This document shows, one piece after another, positions 5,641 through 11,818 of a stretch of 11,818 bases of DNA. A model generated the notes under the pieces. It was not told where the DNA came from. It saw nothing but the letters and a program-made list of their open reading frames with translations, and searched no databases. Made by a program: the position numbers and the translations under genes. Numbering within the stretch: the first letter of the stretch is position 1; each line of letters opens with the position of its first letter. Source of the DNA: Verrucomicrobia bacterium UBA3869 (lineage in GTDB: Bacteria > Verrucomicrobiota > Verrucomicrobiia > Opitutales > UBA9783); the NCBI GenBank assembly GCA_002392285.1, contig DGGR01000040.1, positions 1 through 11,818 of the forward strand, in the 5' to 3' direction.

Positions 5641-6288
5641 ATGATTTATGCACATCAATTATTTCAGTCGGTTCCGCATGATTGGCCATTTGCCAAATTC
5701 TTTTCTTTAACCCAACCGGTTCATGAATGGATTCCGGTTATTGCGCAAGCTTTGCACTCGTTTTTCAACGCTTGTCCGCTCGACCAACGGATTCATTCAA
5801 CCATTCCACAACGTTTGGTGGTACAAGGCGATGTTTATATTGGAGAACGGGTTCTATTACCCCAAGCGGGAACGTTGATTGGGCCGCTCTATATTGGCGA
5901 TGAGTGTGAATTGCGTCCCAATATCTATTTGCGCGGCAATGTTATTGTGGGTAAACAATGCGTTTTGGGTCATGCGTGTGAGCTTAAAAATACATTGTTG
6001 TTGGATCATGCGCAGGTATCGCATCGTAACTATGTAGGAGATTCTATTTTAGGAACTGGAGCGCATTTAGGGGCAGGGTGTGTTTTATCCAATTTGCGTT
6101 TTGATGGCCAAGAGGTATGGATGCATGCCCCTGATGGTCAAAAATTCCCAACAGGGCTTAAGAAGCTTGGAGGAATTATGGGCGATTATGCGGAAGCGGG
6201 ATGCAATTCAGTATTGTGCCCCGGGGCTTGTTTATTCCCTCATGCTAAAGTTTTCCCCTGTAAATCTTTTCGAGGAACGCGTGTGTAA
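5641..6288 (+). CDS. Hexapeptide-repeat (left-handed beta-helix) transferase, GlmU C-terminal-domain-like
   Basis: 215 aa from ATG 5641 (the track starts at TTG 5635). Successive imperfect hexapeptide units are visible: YIGERV, LIGPLY, IGDECE, LRGNVI, VGKQCV, LGHACE, VGDSIL, GTGAHL, GAGCVL. No nucleotidyltransferase domain is present. Confidence 0.8.
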   Translation: MIYAHQLFQSVPHDWPFAKFFSLTQPVHEWIPVIAQALHSFFNACPLDQRIHSTIPQRLVVQGDVYIGERVLLPQAGTLIGPLYIGDECELRPNIYLRGNVIVGKQCVLGHACELKNTLLLDHAQVSHRNYVGDSILGTGAHLGAGCVLSNLRFDGQEVWMHAPDGQKFPTGLKKLGGIMGDYAEAGCNSVLCPGACLFPHAKVFPCKSFRGTRV

Positions 6289-6310
6289 TTAAAATATCGC
6301 CATTTTTTAT

Positions 6311-6336
6311 TTAATATTTCTTTTTAGGAATATTAA
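6311..6336. promoter_or_regulatory. AT-rich imperfect inverted repeat upstream of mgtE (possible operator or weak hairpin)
   Basis: ttaatatttc (6311-6320), spacer ttttta, then ggaatattaa (6327-6336). Nine of ten positions are complementary. It lies 34 nt upstream of the mgtE ATG. Confidence 0.2.
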
Positions 6337-6369
6337 TAGTAAGTAATGTCCTTAATTTAATAACACGTT

Positions 6370-7749
6370 ATGGTTGATTTAATTCAAGATCACCCGATCG
6401 CTCAACGGCTAGACCAGTATACCGTTGAAGAATTAAGCCAGCATTTGGATACCCATTTTGAGCAATTAGATCCAACGAAGTTAGCTAATACCTCACCCCA
6501 CGAAATTGGATTGTTCTTGGAACGTTTAGAGCTCGAAGAACAGCGGGTGTTTTTGCGGCGTGTGTCGGAAAAGATGGCTTCGTCGATTTTAGCGGAAATG
6601 GATGCTGAAAATTCGGCTGAAATCTTAAGTGTTATGCGAGAAATTCGGGCAGCGCGTATTATTGAACTGTTGGATCCAGATGATGCGGTTGATTTAATCA
6701 GCGAGTTGGATGAAAGCGACCGTATTCGTTTGCTATCGCGCGTTAGTCCAAAGGTTGCGATTACGTTACGTAAATTGTTGCGCTACAATCCGGATACAGC
6801 CGGAGGGGTTATGACCCCCAATGTGGCTACGCTGCAAGCAGATTGGGATGTTGCAACCGCCTTGGAATATATTAAGAAAGTGCCGCAAAAAGCCGAAAAT
6901 GTTTACAATCTGTATGTTTTGGATGACCAAGACCATTTGGTTGGATTAACCACCTTACGCAATTTGGTGTTTTCGAAGCCTACGCAAAAGATTAGCGAGA
7001 TTATGAATACGCAAATCCAGCGTATTGCGTGCCTCCCCGAAACCGATAAAAACGCGGTTGCTAGTATCATGGCGGAGTACAATGTGATTGATGTGCCTGT
7101 GGTGGATGAACAGAACCATTTGTTAGGATGCGTTACTCACGATGATGTGTTGGATATCGTTCAAGAAGCAGCTACCTCCGATTTGCAGCAGATGCACGGA
7201 GCCGGTGCGGATGAAAGCATTCATGATAGCATCATAGAGAGTTTACGGAAGCGCAATCCTTGGTTGATGATGAACCTTGTATTGGCGTTTTTATCTGCCT
7301 CTGTCATTTCAAAATTCAGCAATCAAATTGCCCAAATCAGTTATATGGCTGTTTTTATGACCCTGGTGGCGAATTTGGGAGGGAATACAGGAGCGCAAGC
7401 TTTGGCGGTTGCGATTCGGGGTTTGGCTGTCGGAGAATTCCAAACAGGCGATGGTTGGTTGATTTGCCGCAAGGAGTTGATGAAAGGGTTGCTAAATGGC
7501 ATTGGAATTGGGGTTTTCGGAGGAGCGATTACGATTTTTTTAACGCATAATGTTTTGATGGGAGTAACCCTCATGGTTGCCATGATCATTACTATGGTGG
7601 TCTCGGGATTGGCCGGGGTCATCGTACCTCTTTTTTTAAAACGTTTTCACTTTGATCCTGCCCAAAGTTCCTATATTATTTTAACAACACTAACCGATAT
7701 TATCGGGTTATTTGTGTTTTTAAAACTGGGGACCTATTTACTCTTTTAA
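6370..7749 (+). CDS. mgtE: Magnesium transporter MgtE
   Basis: 459 aa with an acidic MgtE N-domain (DPDDAVDLISELDESDR) and a tandem CBS pair (aa ~140-270). The C-terminal TM domain carries the GGNTGAQALAVAIRGLAVGE signature. Confidence 0.9.
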   Translation: MVDLIQDHPIAQRLDQYTVEELSQHLDTHFEQLDPTKLANTSPHEIGLFLERLELEEQRVFLRRVSEKMASSILAEMDAENSAEILSVMREIRAARIIELLDPDDAVDLISELDESDRIRLLSRVSPKVAITLRKLLRYNPDTAGGVMTPNVATLQADWDVATALEYIKKVPQKAENVYNLYVLDDQDHLVGLTTLRNLVFSKPTQKISEIMNTQIQRIACLPETDKNAVASIMAEYNVIDVPVVDEQNHLLGCVTHDDVLDIVQEAATSDLQQMHGAGADESIHDSIIESLRKRNPWLMMNLVLAFLSASVISKFSNQIAQISYMAVFMTLVANLGGNTGAQALAVAIRGLAVGEFQTGDGWLICRKELMKGLLNGIGIGVFGGAITIFLTHNVLMGVTLMVAMIITMVVSGLAGVIVPLFLKRFHFDPAQSSYIILTTLTDIIGLFVFLKLGTYLLF

Positions 7750-7751
7750 TT

Positions 7752-8753
7752 ATGCCTGAAAAGCCGACGATCATTACCCTACAAGACTTAAAACAGCTGC
7801 CTATAGGGACGCAGTTTCATACGGTTGCTGCCGTTCGGCATACGGAACGTAAAACAGGGAAAACCGGAACCCCGTATTTGCAGGTTGAGGTTGGGGATGC
7901 GATTGATCACCTTAACTTTACTTGTTTTGAGAATCAACAACCCTTTGCGTTTTTTCAACAACCGGTTCAGCGCTTCCCGCATATTGTTCAATTGGAAGGA
8001 ACGGTTGATTTTTATAATAAAAGACTAAGTCCTACCATTAAATCCGCTAAAAGTTTGGAGGGCGAGGACTATGAATACTATCTGCCAAAGGTTTTAGAGG
8101 GGCCGGATGAAGCCTTAGAGGATTTAAAGCAGGAATTGCAATCGTGGATCGAAAAGATTGAGCAAAAAGAGCTTAGAGCAACCGTTCAGCAGGCAATTAG
8201 CGATTTAGGAAGCGATTTTTTTGATAGTGTTGCGGCGGTTGGAATGCACCATGCTTATGTTCATGGGCTGTTGGAACATACGGTGCATGTAACGCGTTTG
8301 GTCGGTGCTTTATTGCCTTTTTATTCCGATATTAATGCGGATTTAGCGCTTGCAGGAGCTATTCTGCACGATATCGGTAAGGTATTGGAGTATCACTATG
8401 CCCCTGAAGGAATTGAACGGACCCCAATCGGACGTTTACAAGGGCACGTGGCCTTGGGTTATCGTTTAGTTCATGATGCAGCCGTAAAGAGCAACCTGCA
8501 TCCAGGCTGGCAGGAACGCTTAGAGCATATTATCTTGGCACATCAAGGGGAATTGGAATGGGGAGCGGCGGTTCTACCTTCCAGCCCAGAAGCTATTTTG
8601 GTGAGTTTAGCAGACAATGCAGATGCGAAATTAGCTATGGTTCATACGCAATTGAAGCGAACGGTAGCAACTCAGCCATTTTCTGAAAAAGATCCGGGAT
8701 TAAATACTTGTTTATTGACCCAAGCGGTTCCTGATCCGGATGAAGGTCGTTAG
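7752..8753 (+). CDS. yhaM: YhaM-like 3'-5' exoribonuclease (OB-fold + HD domain)
   Basis: 333 aa with an N-terminal OB-fold-like region (GKTGTPYLQVEVGD...). The HD domain carries HHAYVHGLLEHTVHV...AGAILHDIGK...LQGHV...ILAHQGELEWG...LADNADAK, which is collinear with B. subtilis YhaM. The start lies 2 nt after the mgtE stop. Confidence 0.85.
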   Translation: MPEKPTIITLQDLKQLPIGTQFHTVAAVRHTERKTGKTGTPYLQVEVGDAIDHLNFTCFENQQPFAFFQQPVQRFPHIVQLEGTVDFYNKRLSPTIKSAKSLEGEDYEYYLPKVLEGPDEALEDLKQELQSWIEKIEQKELRATVQQAISDLGSDFFDSVAAVGMHHAYVHGLLEHTVHVTRLVGALLPFYSDINADLALAGAILHDIGKVLEYHYAPEGIERTPIGRLQGHVALGYRLVHDAAVKSNLHPGWQERLEHIILAHQGELEWGAAVLPSSPEAILVSLADNADAKLAMVHTQLKRTVATQPFSEKDPGLNTCLLTQAVPDPDEGR

Positions 8754-8756
8754 GCT

Positions 8757-9479
8757 ATGGAAGAACGCTTACAAAAGGTAATTGCGCGCTTGTATGGTAT
8801 TTCGCGCCGTCATGCAGAGGAACTGATTGCCGAAGGGAACGTATTGGTTAATGGCATCAAGGCGTGTTTGGGCACCAAAATTGATTGTGGACGCGATTGT
8901 ATCATTATCGGTAATCAAAAAATTTCATCGAACGCTTTACAGAGAAATTTTAAGCAAGAGGTTTGGATGCTTTTTAAGCCTCAGGGGGTGGTTTGTACGC
9001 ACGACAATCCTATTTCCAACAATACGCTGGAACCTTATGTGCCCGCTCCTTTGCGGCGCCAAAAATGGTTGTTTGTCGGACGTTTGGATAAAGATAGCGA
9101 AGGACTGTTGTTATTAACCAATGATGGGGATTTTGCAAACCGTGTGGCGCATCCTTCTGCCAATATTGAAAAAGTGTACCGAGTGCATTTGGATCAACCC
9201 TTCAATTTAGCTCATGCGAACGCGTTAAAGCAGGGACGTTCGTGTCAGGGCGAATGGTTACATTTTCATTCAATCCGCGTGGTAAATTCCCGTAAAATCG
9301 ATGTGGTGCTCCACCAAGGGAAACGTCGGGAGATTCGGCGGCTTTTGTTATCGTTTGGTTATCAAGTATTGCGATTGAAACGGTGGAAGATCGGCTCATT
9401 GATTTTGGATAAACGATTAGCACCAGGACAATCACGGCGCTTAACCCCACAGGAACTGCGTCTGATATTTGAGCGTTAA
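8757..9479 (+). CDS. rRNA pseudouridine synthase, RsuA/RluB/RluE/RluF family
   Basis: 240 aa with an N-terminal S4 RNA-binding domain (RLQKVIARLYGISRRHAEELIAEGNVLVNG). The catalytic motif is GRLDKDSEGLLLLTNDG. The start lies 3 nt after the yhaM stop. Confidence 0.85.
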   Translation: MEERLQKVIARLYGISRRHAEELIAEGNVLVNGIKACLGTKIDCGRDCIIIGNQKISSNALQRNFKQEVWMLFKPQGVVCTHDNPISNNTLEPYVPAPLRRQKWLFVGRLDKDSEGLLLLTNDGDFANRVAHPSANIEKVYRVHLDQPFNLAHANALKQGRSCQGEWLHFHSIRVVNSRKIDVVLHQGKRREIRRLLLSFGYQVLRLKRWKIGSLILDKRLAPGQSRRLTPQELRLIFER

Positions 9480-9548
9480 TTCGGTGGCTTTCATCCAGCA
9501 GGTTCGTAGAGAACAGGGTTGGCTTTTCAGAAAATTTTTCTTATAGTA

Positions 9549-10445
9549 ATGCTACGAAAATCGACCCAAAATTTTGTGGAACATAAAGCTAAGCTATTGT
9601 TAGGAATTCCGGTTGCGGATGGCATATTGCAAGAAGTCCAGGCAGGCGTAGCTCGCTTGAAGGGGCGTCCGCCGTATGTGGTTTTTTTGCGCGTCGGCGA
9701 AGATGGCGCGTCCATTACCTATGTGCAGCAAAAGGCAAAAAAAGCAGCTTTCGTGGGCATGCTTAGCGAAACAAAAATATTTCCTGACTCTATTGCTGAA
9801 GCTGATTTAGTGCGTGAAATACAATGCCTCAATGGGGATTCTACGGTCGATGGTATTTTGTTACAAGCGCCATTACCGCCGCATTTAGATTTCGTAAAGA
9901 TGGTCAACAAAATCGATCCTAAAAAGGATGTGGATGGGCTAAGCTCTTACCATTTTGGGCGTTTGTGGCAAAATCAGGATGCATTGATTCCTTGTACCCC
10001 AGGTGGTATTATGGCATTGTTGCGGTATTATGATATTACGGTTAAAGGAAAGCATGTGGTGATTGTCAACAGCAGCCTGATTGTTGGTAAGCCCTTGTGT
10101 GCTTTATTGATTCAACAAAAAGCAACGGTTACCTTATGTAATATGTATACGAACGACCTAGCGTCCATTACCCAACAGGCGGATATTTTGGTTCTAGCCT
10201 GCGGTTGCCCCCATGCTTTTGGCAAAAAATTTGTTAAACAAGGAGCGGTGGTTATTGATGTGGGAACCACGCGCATCCCTGCGAATAATGACCATGGGTA
10301 TGTTTTGCAGGGAGATGCGGATTTTGACGCTCTTCAGGATCACGTACAGGCGATTACTCCTGTTCCGGGTGGAGTTGGCCCTCTAACCGTTGCAGGCGTT
10401 ATCCATAATACCTTAAAAGCTTATTATTTATGCCATCCCCAATAA
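9549..10445 (+). CDS. folD: Bifunctional methylenetetrahydrofolate dehydrogenase / methenyltetrahydrofolate cyclohydrolase FolD
   Basis: Typical FolD blocks are present: VGEDGASITYVQQKAKKA, DGILLQAPLP, DPKKDVDG, PCTPGGIMALL, GKHVVIVNSSLIVGKP and TPVPGGVGPLTVA. The start is ambiguous: TTG 9519 in the track, or ATG 9549 chosen here. Neither has a clear SD. Confidence 0.85.
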   Translation: MLRKSTQNFVEHKAKLLLGIPVADGILQEVQAGVARLKGRPPYVVFLRVGEDGASITYVQQKAKKAAFVGMLSETKIFPDSIAEADLVREIQCLNGDSTVDGILLQAPLPPHLDFVKMVNKIDPKKDVDGLSSYHFGRLWQNQDALIPCTPGGIMALLRYYDITVKGKHVVIVNSSLIVGKPLCALLIQQKATVTLCNMYTNDLASITQQADILVLACGCPHAFGKKFVKQGAVVIDVGTTRIPANNDHGYVLQGDADFDALQDHVQAITPVPGGVGPLTVAGVIHNTLKAYYLCHPQ

Positions 10446-11059
10446 GACCTGTTCCTTTATTATTACCTCCGGCGCCCATGAGCTTGCGGTTATTAGCGGC
10501 TATATGCGATTTCATGCTCATTGGCTTAATTTGTTTGTTTTTCATTGGGAAGCTATGGATGCCGATGTACGCAACCGATGCGATGCTTGAATTTAATTGC
10601 TTGCTAGATACATACATGCCCAACTTGCTGCAGGGGCAATGGGAACCTTTGCTTGAGCAGATCAAGAATTCCCCATCGTTGCTGAATTTGTTTCAATCGA
10701 TCGACCATCTTATCTTCATCAACACGTGGATTTATTATGCCGTAAATGCCTATTTTCTACAGGGAGGAACGGTAGGAAAGGAGATTTTCAATCTACGAGT
10801 GTTAAGTATTTATAATCTGCAACCGCAACCAATCATCAATCGAATGATTCGCGCGGGTCTTTTAAGCTTTTGTCTATTGACAGCTTGGCCATTTTTAATG
10901 GTGATGACCGGCTGTTTTATGGCCATTAACAAGTTGCATCGCGGCTTTCACGACCAGCTATGCCAAACTTATGTGGTTCGGTGTTCAGCGCTAGAACAGA
11001 TGAAAAGCCAAATCGTCCAAGCGGTTCAGCAAGCGGTCGATGCTGACAAAAACGCTTAG
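10430..11059 (+). CDS. RDD family integral membrane protein
   Basis: 209 aa with the RDD-domain pattern: R..AA.CDF.L near the N-terminus, [13 protein letters not shown] in the middle and [11 protein letters not shown] at the domain end, with hydrophobic helices between. The ATG at 10430 overlaps folD by 16 nt. An alternative ATG lies at 10478. Confidence 0.7.
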   Translation: MPSPIRPVPLLLPPAPMSLRLLAAICDFMLIGLICLFFIGKLWMPMYATDAMLEFNCLLDTYMPNLLQGQWEPLLEQIKNSPSLLNLFQSIDHLIFINTWIYYAVNAYFLQGGTVGKEIFNLRVLSIYNLQPQPIINRMIRAGLLSFCLLTAWPFLMVMTGCFMAINKLHRGFHDQLCQTYVVRCSALEQMKSQIVQAVQQAVDADKNA

Positions 11060-11818
11060 GCTATTGGGCTGCGTTTAGCAGGTTTCCTTTTGCAATGATG
11101 CTTATGATGCCGATGAAACGGCTTATGGGGTTGTGGCTGTTCCATGGGGACAAAATCGTTCCAAAAGCGTTTAGCCGATACAATGGGTAAGGTTTGCTGA
11201 ATCTTCTTTTCGATCGCGCGCAACAAAGGTTTTTCTTCGGCGTCGCAAAAAGAATACGCTACGCCGCATTTGCCAGCTCTTCCGGTACGTCCGATGCGAT
11301 GGACATAGCTTTCGGGCTCATTGGGTAGGTCGAAATTGATGACATGGCTTACATTGGAAATATCGATTCCACGCGAAGCTACATCGGTTGCTATTAAAAT
11401 TCTGCTGGTGCCTTGCTGAAATGCTTTCAATGCTCGTTGACGTTCACGCTGGGATTTATCCCCATGTAGCACGCAATTAACAATGTTCGCTTGCCGTAAC
11501 CGTCGTCCGATGCGATCGGCGCCATACTTTGTTTTTGAGAAAACAATCAGGCGTTCGCACTTTTCTTGCTCGATAATATGCTGCAACAGCTCCTGTTTTT
11601 GAGCTTTTGGGATGAAGAGCAAAAAAGAATCGATGGTGGCAGTAACGGTGGCAGGAGGAGCGACTTCTACCCGCTTAGGTTGCTTCAAAAAGGATTGAAC
11701 TAGGTGCTCAATGCCTTTGGGGAAGGTTGCAGAAAACAGCAGGGTTTGGCGCTGATTTGGCAACAGCCCCATAATGCTTTTAATGGCTGGCAAAAATCCC
11801 ATGTCGAGCATGCGGTCG
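11056..11818 (-). CDS. DEAD-box ATP-dependent RNA helicase (RhlE-like), 3' portion; 5' end lies beyond the window
   Basis: The reading frame stays open to the window edge and reads DRMLDMGF, the tail of the DEAD motif II region. It continues with LLFSAT (motif III), the helicase C domain with [14 protein letters not shown] (motif V) and [10 protein letters not shown] (motif VI), and a basic His/Lys-rich C-terminal tail. Confidence 0.9.
   Translation of the reverse strand, partial: DRMLDMGFLPAIKSIMGLLPNQRQTLLFSATFPKGIEHLVQSFLKQPKRVEVAPPATVTATIDSFLLFIPKAQKQELLQHIIEQEKCERLIVFSKTKYGADRIGRRLRQANIVNCVLHGDKSQRERQRALKAFQQGTSRILIATDVASRGIDISNVSHVINFDLPNEPESYVHRIGRTGRAGKCGVAYSFCDAEEKPLLRAIEKKIQQTLPIVSAKRFWNDFVPMEQPQPHKPFHRHHKHHCKRKPAKRSPIA

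Noticed and set aside
5557-5658. N-terminal extension of the small protein to 126 aa (start at 5658)
   Set aside because: The extra 34 codons read like translated AT-rich spacer, would overlap the divergent gene start and contain the candidate promoter for the + strand gene. The internal ATG at 5556 is preferred.
6080-6292. 70-aa ORF on the + strand in an alternative frame of the hexapeptide transferase gene
   Set aside because: It lies fully inside the LbH gene, and the hexapeptide periodicity supports the other frame.
6289-6369. Possible M-box (ykoK) Mg2+ riboswitch upstream of mgtE
   Set aside because: The whole leader is only 81 nt and almost entirely AT. That is far shorter than an M-box aptamer, and it lacks GC-paired helices.
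7260-7622. 96-aa (+) and 93-aa (-) ORFs inside the mgtE membrane domain
   Set aside because: The MgtE frame carries the conserved GGNTGAQ signature. These are shadow ORFs.
7788-8028. Two 67-aa ORFs (- and +) at the 5' end of yhaM
   Set aside because: They overlap the OB-fold-coding frame that is contiguous with the HD domain, and they have no motifs.
8827-9450. 96-aa (+) and 82-aa (-) ORFs within the pseudouridine synthase gene
   Set aside because: They are in alternative or antisense frames to a gene with clear S4 and catalytic GRLDxxSxGLL motifs.
9527-9910. 62-aa and 63-aa ORFs on the - strand within folD, plus the 88-aa ORF on the - strand at 10399-10665
   Set aside because: They are antisense to well-supported folD and RDD frames and have no recognisable features.
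1-11818. CRISPR arrays, IS elements, integrases, phage genes, toxin-antitoxin pairs and defence-system signatures
   Set aside because: No regularly spaced direct repeats, terminal inverted repeats or transposase/integrase/Cas-like ORFs were seen. Every substantial ORF is explained by a housekeeping or signalling family.

Overview
The window is a densely packed, moderately AT-rich bacterial chromosomal segment (base composition judged by eye, not computed). It holds 15 protein-coding genes and has almost no intergenic space. I found no rRNA, tRNA, CRISPR array, transposase, integrase or long repeat. Gene order is as follows. On the + strand: HIT-family hydrolase, PgpH-type 7TM-HD phosphodiesterase, LOG-family (TIGR00730-like) protein, and a soluble DAC (diadenylate cyclase) domain protein. 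On the - strand: a CesT/SycE-family type III secretion chaperone, ribosomal protein L33 (rpmG, a 56-aa gene missing from the supplied ORF track) and a small 92-aa hypothetical protein. On the + strand again: a standalone hexapeptide-repeat (left-handed beta-helix) transferase, MgtE, a YhaM-like OB-fold/HD exoribonuclease, an RsuA/RluB-family pseudouridine synthase, FolD and an RDD-family membrane protein. The last gene is the 3' part of a DEAD-box RNA helicase on the - strand, which runs off the window edge. The Slc1-like chaperone and the compact gene spacing suggest a Chlamydiae-like (PVC) genome, but this is inference only. Most of the window is housekeeping. The most interesting candidate is the near-gapless HIT-PgpH-LOG-DAC block. 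It places a c-di-AMP phosphodiesterase and an atypical, non-membrane DAC protein with DGG/RHA in place of the canonical DGA/RHR motifs in one apparent operon, with a LOG nucleotide N-glycosidase between them. Secondary points are an orphan T3S chaperone next to a small, possibly disordered protein, and a structured 164-bp spacer. I see no clear evidence of a defence island or mobile element.
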